From assembly GCA_029717555.1 (NCBI GenBank), contig JAMDHS010000010.1, positions 310,001 through 351,378 of the forward strand: a DNA stretch of 41,378 bases. Reading direction: 5' to 3'. A program made the translations under genes and the position numbers. Under the pieces are notes generated by a model. That model saw only the letters and a list, made by a program, of their open reading frames with translations. It was not told the origin of the DNA and made no database searches. Source of the stretch: Peribolospora baueri. Taxonomy: Eukaryota. Numbering within the stretch: the first letter of the stretch is position 1; the number at the start of each line of letters is the position of its first letter. This document shows, piece after piece, positions 1-10,978 of this stretch.

Positions 1-342
1 CCGACCAAGGCGAGACGTTCGACTTTATCTTCCTCGACGCCGACAAGCCAGTCTACTGGCAATACTACGACACGTGCATCTCGCGCCGGCTCTTGGCGTA
101 CCCGCATGGCGTGATGGCGGTCGACAATGTGCTCTTCAGAGAACACGACACGGCGGCCAGGGGATTGGATGAAGGGATGAGCGACGACGTGCGCCAGACT
201 GAGCGCGTCGTCAAGCTCGTGGCGGCGGTGACCCACTTTAATCGTCGGGTGAGGGAGGACGCGAGGATGGAGGTGATGACGTTGGGTCAGGGACGGGATC
301 AGCCTCATCACTTGGGAAAAAAAAATAAAAAATAAAAAATAA
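1..342 (+). CDS. Class I SAM-dependent O-methyltransferase (CCoAOMT/COMT-like), 3' part only, with an apparent frameshift near the C-terminus
   Basis: Frame 3 reads DQGETFDFIFLDADKPVYWQYYDTCI...GVMAVDNVLF...HFNRRVREDARMEVMTL, showing the family DxIFxDADK and VDNVL motifs. The expected terminal strand VRDGISLI lies in a different frame from position 286. Confidence 0.85.
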
Positions 343-373
343 AAAATAAAAAATAAAAAATAAAATAAAAAAA
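317..373 (+). repeat. A-rich (TAAAAAA)n tandem tract
   Basis: aaaaaaaaataaaaaataaaaaataaaaaataaaaaataaaaaataaaataaaaaaa directly overlaps the end of the O-methyltransferase. Confidence 0.9.
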
Positions 374-852
374 TGCGGGGCGCAGACGTGCCCGTACGGC
401 AGAGCTCGGATGGGAGGTATCGCCGACGTTCAAGGGTGCGCTCACCCTCTGTCCCTCTGTCATGGACGAAGGGCAAAGGGGTTCAAGGTGGCTTACCGCC
501 TCATCAGATTAGGATTCCAGGATTTCGCCGAGCGAGCGGCTAGGGACACACGTCTCAATTCACATCGCCAAGGGTGCAAGAGACGGATCGCAGTCATCAC
601 ATCATCGAAAAACGTATGCGTCTAGCGGGATATATGTGCTTGTCGGACATAGTGGTCGTAAACCGTCGGGAGAGTCGTTTACACGCGAACGGAGGCTGAG
701 CGACATGACGGCGGAAGGACGTACCTACTCCTCTAGGTTCCTGTATACCTCGATCTTGGGAAGATAAACCTTGGATCGTGGCGAGCGGAGTGTAGACGAG
801 ACGTGGTGATCGAAACTGGGGGGATAATTCGAACACCGGTTCGATCGACACC

Positions 853-2245
853 TCAAAGCGCTTTCGTCGTCGTCCCCTGGATGCCCCGCTTCGCCTCCCA
901 GGCCTCGCGCCAAGCGAGCCACTCGGCGTTCCGCCCGCCGTCGGACCAGATGTCCCAGCTGTCCTTGATTCTAAGCTCCTGGGCTATCGGATGGAGCAGG
1001 ATCAGGGTGCGCAGCGGGATCTGTCGAGTGGCCACCGTCGCCGTCGCCGGCGGCGCAGGATCTCCATCCACGTCGTCGTCCACCTTCTCGGAAGGGCTGT
1101 GTCGTCGCCTCCGCGTGCCCGTCGCTGAGCCGTCGCCGTCCGCATTGTCTCCATGGGGCGTCTTCGTCCTCGACGTCTTCGAGCGGGTCGATCGGGCGGG
1201 CGAGTCGGAGCGTCCCGTCTCCGTCGCAGCGATAGGGGACGGAGAGCGAGGCGGGGAAAGCACGTTGACGAGAGGGGACGGCAAAGGGAGAGGCCGCTTG
1301 GGAAGCGCCTCGGTGATGAAGTAGTACGCGCCGCCGATGAGCACGCCGATCAGGGCGCCTACGAGTACCTGAGGGATGGTGTGGTACGTCAAATAGATCC
1401 TGTACGGGGATCGAAGGAGGACGTGAAGGAACAGTAGTTAGCTGGGCATCCAGAGTCAAGATGCCGGAATAGATGGACGATCGAGACGGGGCCCGAGTGG
1501 ACACCGACCTCGAATAGCACACCACAGCGCTCGAGCTGGCGACGAACAGCATGGCCAAGCGGTGCTCCCACCTCCGCACGGAGCCGTCCTCGGCGGTGGG
1601 TTGGTTATGAAGGTAATGGAGGATGAAGAAAGCAAAGAAGAAGCCAAAGAACTGGGCGTGAGAAGACGGCATCCCGTAGCCCGGGCCGAGGTGGTCTTTT
1701 TGTCAGACAAAGCAAGTGGGGAAAAAGAGGTATGAGGCAGGGGGGAAGTAGTGCGCAAGGAGGATGGAACGATGGATGAGCCGGGTCGGGTTGGGCAGCC
1801 GGCGTTTGCTCGCTCGCTCGTCACGAACGGCTGGGAGCGACGACTCACTCGTAGGCCTCTGCTGCTTGAACAGCCTCTTCAACACCTCGTTCACCACCTC
1901 GCACCCCACCTGCCCTACGAACGCGTTGATGATGGTGAGCTCCCGCCGGTAGAGGATGAGCGTTGCGTAGGTGGAAAGAACTACGAAGGGAGCGAGCGTG
2001 GCAAGTGCCAACGGCTTTGCCAACGGGTCTGACGGGTCATCTGCGTCGTGCCGCCAGGGCACACGGCGGGAAGCGCGAGTCGAGGGCGGGGTAAGGAGGA
2101 CGGCGGACAGAGGGGCACGACGAACATGACAAGTGCGTTCGCCTGCACGGCGCAAGGCTTTGGGCGGTGCGAGGAAGCGTGCTTACTCACACTGGACGTG
2201 GGTGAGGGTGAGCGAGGCGTAGTTGCTGAACAGGTCAGGATCCAT
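853..2245 (-). CDS. CAX4: Dolichyl pyrophosphate phosphatase (PAP2 family, DOLPP1/Cax4-like), 4 exons
   Basis: Spliced product MDPDLFSNYASLTLTHVQY|DPSDPLAK...VLKRLFKQQRP|...GPGYGMPSSHAQF...VCYSR|IYLTYHTIPQVLVG contains the three PAP2 motifs KxxxxxxRP, PSSH and SRxxxxxHxxxQ. Introns are GT-AG and the frame is intact. Confidence 0.92.
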
Positions 2246-2368
2246 GATATGATGTATGTGCCAGCTGAGCTGGTTGCCGGACGAACCGTCGAACGGCGAA
2301 CGGCGTCGTCGATCGATCGTTCGGCGCGACTCGTCGCAGTCTTCTTTCTCTATGGCGACTTGTTATTG

Positions 2369-2892
2369 CAGTCAAACTTGTCTGTTAGCATACGGGTCCC
2401 TAGGTACGCCTTCGCATAGTGCATGGCGATCTCCCTTTCCCGCTTGTCCCCAGCCAAAAATTGACTAATCCCAGCCAACACTGGTCTATATGCATACGAA
2501 ACATACCCGCATATTGCAAGCATTACCAGGTATGCAGCCTCGGCATGCATAGTTAGGGTTGAGGGTCACGTGCATCCCCGTGGTGTTGGAGATTGGCGGC
2601 GACGAGCACCGTGGCTACGCGGCTGAAAGCGGACATAACTATGTAGGCAACTGTGTTACTGCGGTTTTCCTCTTTGTATGCTCTCATTAACGACGACGAA
2701 CCAGTAACATACACGTTCGTAAAGCTTGGAATTCATGTCTTGATGGACGCTATCGACTGTGGTAAGGACTGTGGCAACTGTGAGCGACGACTGCGGCGAC
2801 TTTGCATAGACCCCGCCTTGTACAAGTCACCCTCCACATACTGCATAGCCCTCGGGCTATACAACTTGTATGCTAATAGACAAGTTTGACTG
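2369..2892. mobile_element. Non-autonomous TIR element (MITE), Tc1/mariner-pogo-like
   Basis: 25-bp terminal inverted repeats with 1 mismatch: CAGTCAAACTTGTCTGTTAGCATAC (2369-2393) and the reverse complement of 2868-2892 (CAGTCAAACTTGTCTATTAGCATAC). It is flanked by TG on the left and TA on the right. The interior is AT-richer than the flanks and has no recognisable transposase. Confidence 0.75.
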
Positions 2893-3250
2893 TAGTGTTT
2901 CTAACCATGCTTGTGTCGAGCATTACTCCTTTCCTTCCGCCTCGGTCGGCCTTTAGCCGTCCAGGGCTACATGCAAGACCTACGGCGCACACTTGCTCCT
3001 TCGGTTTGCTACCGCCTCAGCGTCCTGACATGTCAGTGTCCATCCGTCGTCGGAATTCGCCGAGCCTGGCCAGCGATTGTTTGGACAATGGCCGTTTTAT
3101 TTTTCCCCCGCCATCCATCCTCCTTTCCATCCTCGCCGCGGCCGCACGGGAGCATTCCACCGCGGTTGACCGCCCAGCTTAGTCACCGTCGCGAGCACGG
3201 GGAAGAAAGAAAGCCGGATGGCCTCGACGATCACCGACGGACGGTGTGGA

Positions 3251-3282
3251 TGACTGACTGACTGACTGACTGAATGAATGAC
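3251..3282. repeat. (TGAC)n/(TGAA)n microsatellite
   Basis: tgactgactgactgactgactgaatgaatgac. Confidence 0.85.
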
Positions 3283-3572
3283 TGGTGTGTATAGAGCGCC
3301 GTTGGGAGACCTTCGTCGATGGCTCTCGGCGACGGCATCGCTCTCGCTCGCTCCTCCCGCCGCCGGCGTTCATGCTCGTCGCCAAGCTCGGTCTTCGTCG
3401 TCTAAGCCGCAGCCGCCGAACGATCGTCGGTCGATCCCCGCTGTCTGTCTGCCCCCGCACGGCCATCGCCTTTCGCCCTCCCGCTCCCATTCCCCCTTTT
3501 CTTCCCACTGCCACGCCCTCTCGCTCTCCCTTCGCCTCCTCCACCCGTCCCATCGCCACCACGACAGCCGCC

Positions 3573-5691
3573 ATGTCTTCTCACGCGCCTTCCGCAGACC
3601 TCGACAACTCGCTGCCCGTGCCTCCGGCGGACGACAACATGAGCTTTGTCCTCGAGGAGCCGAACAAGGTCAAGTTCGAGAGGCGAGAGGTCAAGCCGCC
3701 GGCCGAGGGAGAGGTGGTCGTCAACATCAGGCAGACAGGCATCTGCGGCAGCGGTGAGCGAGCGAGCGGTCGCCGATGATCAATCAGACGAGGCGCGACG
3801 GCGCCAACGAAGACTCGCCCAACGCTCACTCCTCGCCCCCTCGTCGCCTCCTCTCCGTAGACGTGCACTACTGGAAAGAAGGCCGCATCGGCGACTTTGT
3901 CGTCACCAAGCCCATGGTGCTCGGCCACGAGTCCGCCGGCGTGGTCGTCAAAGGTGAGGGAGAGCAGACGAAACGACGAAGCGAAGAGAGCAGGCTGGTT
4001 TCACTCTTCCTACTTGCAGCTTGCTTGGAGATCGGCTCTGACCGTACTCGAGCATATCTTACGCCGCTCCCGCAGTTGGCCCTGGTGTCACCGACCGCAA
4101 GGTGGGCGACCGTGTTGGTGCGTAATCCGTAGAGCGACTACACGCGTTTCGCCGTAGGCGACTCATCCCGTCTCATCATCTTCGCTTTAATCGCCCTTCC
4201 GTTCCTTCATCCCCTCTCACAGCCCTAGAGCCCGGCGTCCCCTGCCGTCGGTGCGACAATTGCAAGGCGGGTCTCTACAACGTCTGCCCAGACATGGTCT
4301 TTGCCGCCACGCCTCCCTATGATGGCACTCTTGCCACCTGTAAGTTGGGTCATTCGGTAGAAAGAATTAGCACGCATCGATCGAGCAACCCGCCTTACCG
4401 TTTCACTTCTCCCCTCCGCCTGCACGGACAGACTACAACCTGGCTTCGGACTTTGCCCACCCGGTCCCGGACCACATGAGCCTCGAAGAGGCCAGCCTGA
4501 TGGAGCCCCTTAGCGTAGCCGTTTACGCCACCGCCGGGAGGGGCGAAGTCAGAGCCGGACACACCGTGGTCGTCTTTGGGTGCGCCCAGTTGATCTGAGC
4601 TGAGGCACACCGACGCACACGCTCATCTACTTCCTTTCTCCTTTTTTAGTGCCGGTCCGGTTGGTCTTCTCTGCGCCGCTGTAGCCAAAGCCTACGGTGC
4701 GTCGCAGGTGGTGGTCGTAGACATAGTGGACGCGAAAGTCGAGTTTGCCAAGGAGTACTGCGCCACGCACATCTTCAAACCTGGCAAGCCCAGGGAAGGC
4801 GAGTCAAAGATGGAGGCCAGCGAGAGAGGAGCTAAGGAGCTCAAGCAGAGCGTCGGGGGGAAGCTGGCGGAGCAGAACGGAGCGGATCTAGTCGTCGAAG
4901 CTACGGGTGAGTGTGCGAAGAGCGGGTCAGCTCTAGGACGGCCGAGGTGGGATGTCAGAACTACCGATTGCTGTGCTCATCCTAAGGCCGTGTGATTTCA
5001 TCCGGGTGTCCTAAGGCGCCGCGCCTTGCATACAGATGGCCGCTTTCTTGGCCAAGGCTCGCGGTCGCGTCGTTCAGGTGAGTCGAAACGTCGGGGCTAA
5101 CAGCTGAACGTCGGGACGAAAGCGTAGCTCTTACTCTCTCCGCTCCACAAACGCACCCAGGTCGGCATGGGATCGCCCAACGTGGAACTCCCCATCACTT
5201 CCCTCGGCACGCGCGAGGTCGTCATGACCGGTTCCTTCCGCTACGGACCGGGCACTTATAAGACGTCCATCGACCTCGTCGCGAGGGGGCTAATCGATGT
5301 TAAGAAGATCGTCACCCATCGGTGAGCGCACAACCAATGAAAAGAGAAAAGGAAGGGGAGGCCTTCGAAGCTGCGTTGAACGTCGACTGACCAGACCCCT
5401 TGTTCGTTCGACCTCTGGGCTCGACAGCTACACTTTCCAGGATACCATCAAAGCTTTCGAGGCGGTCGCCAGCGGCAAGGGCGATGACGGCAAGCCGGTC
5501 ATCAAGTGGGTCGTCCGTTTTGCGCCCTTGTCGCGCTCTCGTCCACCCACGCCCGATGGGTCGAGCTGGACTCCAGTGACCGCCTCATACGCACGCAGGA
5601 GCTTACGCTTGCCTTCCTTGTCCTCTCTTTTCACTTTTTGTTTTATTTCCACAGGGTTCAAATCTCCCAGGGTGCCGCTCCGCCGCCTTGA
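3573..5691 (+). CDS. XYL2: Zn-dependent NAD+ xylitol/sorbitol dehydrogenase (MDR family), 10 exons; possible longer form from ATG 3372
   Basis: Motifs TGICGSDVHYW, GHESAG, the structural-Zn motif [49 protein letters not shown] and VTHRY are present. All exon phases join in frame to TGA at 5689-5691. Confidence 0.93.
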
Positions 5692-5939
5692 TATCGGCAC
5701 TGAGGTAGCCAATGTAGCACACAAAGCACGTTGTCTAGTGGTTCACGTACCTGCGCGGGCAAGCGAGGCGCGTTGTTTGTGACGAAGGAATGGTCGGTGC
5801 GAAGCATGGCTCGTATTCCAACGTGATCGAACTCTACATATCGTTCCAGGTCGTACAGATCCTAACGAGTCGTTACAGATTCCCTCCAATGAACTTGGCG
5901 CGCGCGCGCCTCCCTTTGCCCGCTCGTGCAAATCTAGTT

Positions 5940-8164
5940 TCATCGCTCCTCCTCCTCCTCCTCCTCCTCATCGTCATCCGATGGCAGCACCCAACTGCAC
6001 GCGATGCTGGCGACGCAGACGACCAGCAAGCACGCCCACATGAAGTAACCGTTGAGCAGCTGCGTTTGCACCGAGAAGGCGTACAAGCTCGTCAGCGTTG
6101 CCGGACCGACGAAGCGCATGGCTGACGAGACCATCTGGGCGACCGCCTGTTTTGGTTTGTTTGTGAATGAGAAGCCGGGGGGATCAATCAAGGGGGGGGA
6201 TGAGCGGCCATACTACACCATACCATACCATACCCATGTGGACAGCTCGACCAGTGGGGAACGACATGGTATGGGTTACCCACATTGAGTGCTCCGAGGT
6301 TCGCGCCGGCTGGAGCGCATCGATTGACGAGGATCATGTTGCAAGCTGACGACAGCGGAAGAAGAAGATTGCCAGCGTCAGCGGCGCTAGCCGTCTTGGC
6401 AGAGTGAAAGGACGACCCCGGGATCTCACAGAAAGACATGTGAGCGAGCGCTCGGAGGGCCATCACCACGCCGACGATACCGTAAATGATCATGTTCGCG
6501 AGCCCATCATCCACGCCACCGTCCTCGGAGGCCTTTGCGCTAGCTCTGGCGATCGCGTTCGATAGCGGAAGGAGGCAGTAGATGACCGGCCTGAAGGCTA
6601 TGCAGGCCTGGTAAAGACGCGTAGCGCCCCACCTCCGCTCCATCGGCGGGAAGACGAGCACCTGAACGACGACCATGCACACCCCTCCGACGCTCATCGC
6701 CGCCCCGATCTGCGCCATCGACCATTCTAGTCCTCCGTCTCGAACGAGAGAGAAGAAGAACAAGGTGAGGCAAGCCGCTTCTGAGCCGATGGAGGGTGAG
6801 CACGGCGAACGAGATGAGCGTCCACCGCGTCCTTTGATCCCGCCACGGGGAGAAGGGTACTTTCGAGGTCGACTCCTCTTGATCGTCCCTTCCAGATCTC
6901 TGGCCCTCTTTCGCCCTCTTTCGTTGGCTAGGAGGTAGCGTCTGCGTAAGCAGAACGTGATCAGGGTGAAGTAAGATCGAGCGAAAAGCTCACTTCTTTG
7001 AGAAAGAGCAATCCGAGAGTGATGGACGACCAGAGGAGGAGTGCGGTGACGAAACAGGGGAGGAAGAAGGGATACGTCTTCAGGAACGTTATGTTTCCGA
7101 ACAACTCCGGATAGCGCTCGTACGGATGGGACAGGTAGCCTCCGATCAAGGGCCTAGGAAAGCGCGTCACAAAAAGAAAGAAGCATGTACGTATGAGCTC
7201 GAAGGCCAGGGCCGACTTCCTCTGACAACGTGACTGACCCGATGGATCCTCCGACGCCGACACACAGAGGAATGAGAGAGAAGCCCCGGGCTTGGTTCGT
7301 AACATCGGTGATCTCTCCGATGACGCTTTTGATTACCCTGAAGGGTGAGGTGGAAAGAGCGCAGTTAGAGGATGCCAGTCCAGCGGCATCCGCCACCGAT
7401 TTGACCGATCCGGTCTCACGCAATGTTCCCGTTTAAAACGCCAGCCAAACACCTCGCCACGATGACCTGCCAAAAGGATTTGCTCAGGCCAAAGCAGAGG
7501 ACCGAAATGGAGACGCCGGTGAGGCCGAGGACGAGCACAGGTCGCCGTCCGATGCGGTCGGAGAGCTTGCCCCAAAAGAAGATGCAGAAGAATTGGCAAA
7601 AAGAAAAGGCAGATTGCTGTACGGGAGAAAAAGAAGGGAACGTTTAGAAAGAAGGCTAGAGAGTGCCGGCCGTCGTCACTGAAGGACACCTACGACGAGT
7701 CCTGAGGAAACGAGAGAGCAAACATGAGCCCTCTCTTCTCTCTCACGCTGCCCTTCTCAGTACGCACGCGGCCCTCTTTCCTCACCTGCGTAATATCCGA
7801 CTTGGGCGGGGTCGTAGGTCAGTCCGATCTCCAATATCATCTGCACAGTGCAAAGAGAGGAGAGGGCTCAAGAGGGCATATGAACCATTGAGCAAAGCTG
7901 CACGCGAACGCACCTGGTTCATGAAAGGAGAGATCATGGTGAAAGGATTGGTTCGGACAGCCGCATCAATCCGAGCGTCAGCATCTGCATCTTGGGCAAA
8001 GGCGTCGCCCTGTTGCCCCTGCGCTTCTTCGTCCGGATCGCCTCCAACTCGCCGCCGGCGGGCGAAGGCTCCTGGGCCAGACCCGCGAGGAGGGGCCTAC
8101 GCTCGTCGGGGGCGGAATCGCGCTGCTCATCGCGCCGACCGCGCGAGGTGGACGGGGAGCGCAT
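5940..8164 (-). CDS. MFS transporter (YCR023C/ZIFL-like DHA-type), carrying two apparent frameshifts (possible pseudogene)
   Basis: Segments TPLPKMQM...RLSEPI, QVGYYAG, motif A WGKLSDRIGRRPV, ARCLAGVLNGNIAVIKSVIGEITD, GPLIGGYL, YPFFLPC, LKETLP, GGLEWSMAQIG and GALNAVAQMVSSAMRFVGP are present. Frame breaks occur at about 7945 and about 6791. Confidence 0.88.
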
Positions 8165-8971
8165 GGCGAACGAACGGACGAGACGAGCGTGGCCGGGGCT
8201 GACCTGAGCTGGTGGTGGTCAAGTTGAGAGGGATCGAGTTGGAAGGATGCCTACCCCGGCACCCTCTCCTATTCTCGCACGCTCGGACTCGGTCCCGCCA
8301 GGTTGGCGGACGTTTAGGGAAAATGCAATGCCGAAGAAGGCCGATCGATGCCGACAGCTGATCACCTGCCGCGCAAAGGTTCGGCTCGATTCTCGTCGTC
8401 GTGGACAGATTCCCGAAAATGACTCACTTCATCCGCATATAGCACCGATGACTCCAAGAATCTGGCAGATGCAGTCTTCTCTTTTCGTCGTACAACCATG
8501 ACAGACTAGATGGAACAAGCCCGCTGCCCTGTCGGATCATGTCAGGTCGTCTGAGCCTCGTCACAACGAGCCCGCCTATGGACCCTCGCAAGCGCGACTT
8601 GCCTCACTTCTCGCGCACGCGGGCCGCTCCGTCTCAACATGCGGGAAATAGCCTTGAGCTTGGTTACGGGAACGAAGATGGGGATCCTTTGTCCTCGTCG
8701 CGCTTGACTGACGGCCACAGCGCTCGCCGAGGAGAAGGACGCCGGCCGAACAGCAGTTGCAGTGGGACCGTGGCTTGCCGTAGCATCATAGCTGATCGGG
8801 GAACTGCAGCTTCAACACCGCAGTCATCTGGTTAAGCTTGCAAGCACGCGGCCAGGCTGTGCGCTTGTGTTCGTACCGTCATCCCTCACCTCCTTCTCTA
8901 GTCCTCTCCACGCTCGAATACGGACAGCAATATATTCCCCGGCGAGAAGTGCCAAGGAGTAGGTGCCCAGG

Positions 8972-10591
8972 ATGTCCGACAACAAGATCAGAATCACCTA
9001 TGACGAGATTCAGTGAGTCCATCGCCTCGGCTTCGGGTCCTTTTTTTCGTGGGACGAAGATCGAAGGACGACGTCGAACCTTTCTAACCTACTCGGCCTC
9101 TGAACGTCGCACAGTCAAACGATTGGGTGAGCTGTCCGGAGGATGCGTCTCCACGGGTTCTTCTCTTGTCTTTGTCACGCCACTTCGTGCTCGTTGGCTG
9201 TTTTGCGGCCCTACTTGCTCACTCTGCTTTCATCCTGCAGACAGGCGTCCAAGCGGATCAAGGAAGAGTTCAAGCCGGACCTGATGATCGCCATTGGTGA
9301 GTTCCCCGTGAGCGGTTGGAGAGTGGGTGTAGGCGATATGAGGAGTCGCTGATAGCTCGTAGCGTGCACTTCGGAGCTCATGGTTGTGTCATTGCCTTTT
9401 TTTTTTGGTTCTTCCGCGTTCGTTCGCCGCACCCGCCAGGCGGAGGGTGAGCGCTTCTCCTAACCTTCTCGCTGTTGTCTCCCCGCGCTACACCTTTCCG
9501 ACCCTGCCCTGTTCACGTTTTTTTCCGTCGCCCTCTGCCTTTGCCTTGGTTGCAAATGGGATCTGGCTGGTCGCGCTCAGAGGCTTCTTCCCAGCTCGTG
9601 TACTCGTGAGTCTGTCCGTGCTGTCAAGTTCATAACCTCCGGTGTATTGTTTCTCAATTGTACTCTCTATACTCCTTCCATCTGCCTTTTCCCTAGCGCA
9701 CGTTCCTCAAAACGCGTGGAGCGAAGAACATCCCGATCCTAGCGATCGGTCTCTCCCTCTACGAAGAGATGGAAGGCACGTCGGCGGAGAAGCTGGGCAA
9801 GGAGGTCATTCGGACGCAATGGCTTGAGGTCAACTCTTTTACGCAGAGGCCTCTGCTCGGAAGGAACATCTTGATTGTCGACGAGGTGGATGACAGCAGG
9901 ACTACATTGCAGTGAGTGGAGTGTCGTAGAAGCACACGCCGGATCGGTCGATATCCCTGACACATGGATCGGATTGACATGTTTGTATCTCTCCTCTAGG
10001 TACGCCGTTTCCGAACTCAAGAAGGACGTTCAAGAGCAGCTCGCCATTCTTTCTGAGGAGGAGCGAAAACAGCTTCCTCCAACCAAGTTCGGTGTTTTTG
10101 TCGGTAAGTGCACTTCCTATTCCACCTTTGTCTCGTGCCAACTGGGAACACATACCTATGTGTGCAGGATTTCGGTTGAGTCTCTGGCTTTGTTTGCTTT
10201 GCCTGACTCGTCTCGCATCGTCTTGCCATACACAGTCCACAACAAGGACAAGGCCAAGAATGGCACCTTGCCCGCGGACATCGCTTACTTTGCAGGAGCG
10301 GAGCTGCCGGATAAGTGGGTCGATTACCCTTGGTGAGTGATCTGCTTTGTTATGAGCATTTGGTCGCGGCTCTGTATGCTCACTTCATCCACGAATCCCC
10401 ATTCTTGTCCACAGGGAGCAGGAGTAAGTGACGGATACGTTTGACCATCATTGGATGCTGCAGTTGGCCTACTGACTCGTTCGTTTCAACCTCTCCTTCC
10501 CCTTCCGGGTCCTTTTGTTTTGCCATTCAGAGACATCGTCGAGCACAACCGTCTTGCCGCCCTTGCGCGCGAAGGTGCGAACGCCCAATAA
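8972..10591 (+). CDS. XPT1: Xanthine/hypoxanthine-guanine phosphoribosyltransferase (Xpt1/Hpt1-like), 10 exons including micro-exons
   Basis: Spliced product MSDNKIRITYDEIH...FKPDLMIAIGGGGFFPARVLRTFLK...IRTQWL...GRNILIVDEVDDSRTTLQYA...VHNKDKAK...WVDYPWEQEDIVEHNRLA includes the PRPP-binding motif LIVDEVDDSRTTL. Confidence 0.93.
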
Positions 10592-10978
10592 AGGTGGCCC
10601 TTGCCGCGGAGATGCTGGTGCCGTTGTGCGGCTTGTATTGCAATGGTCCCTCCGCCTTTCTTTGCTCGCGCCCATCTTACCCAGTCGCCCTGTGTACTCG
10701 CTGTTGAGACGTTCTCGACTTGTCCGGAAACCTCCACGTAGATTACGAGCGTCTTCCTCTTTGCTTCATCTGTTTACTCCATGAAACGGATTCTGAAGGG
10801 TTCGATTGTGTGCGCCTGTAGGCGATTTCCGTGACCCGGCCGCGGCCATTCACGGACTCTGGGGCCTCCCAGCTGGTCGCCGATCACTCCCCACACCGAC
10901 CTCTGCACCCACCGACCTCCTCCGGTCTGACCCCTCATCCTCACCACCATCTCTTCCGCTGCTTCCACCATCGCCTCT

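Noticed and set aside
2553..2564. TTAGGGTTGAGG telomere-like motif
   Set aside because: Only one perfect TTAGGG unit is present, which is expected by chance.
2350..2889. 66-aa and 78-aa ORFs (one Cys-rich) inside the TIR element
   Set aside because: They show no transposase or other recognisable motifs and are too short to support as genes.
5506..5782. Retaining the last XYL2 intron gives an open extension ending ...EARCL
   Set aside because: The C-terminus is not PTS1-like, and the normally spliced exon gives a sensible ending.
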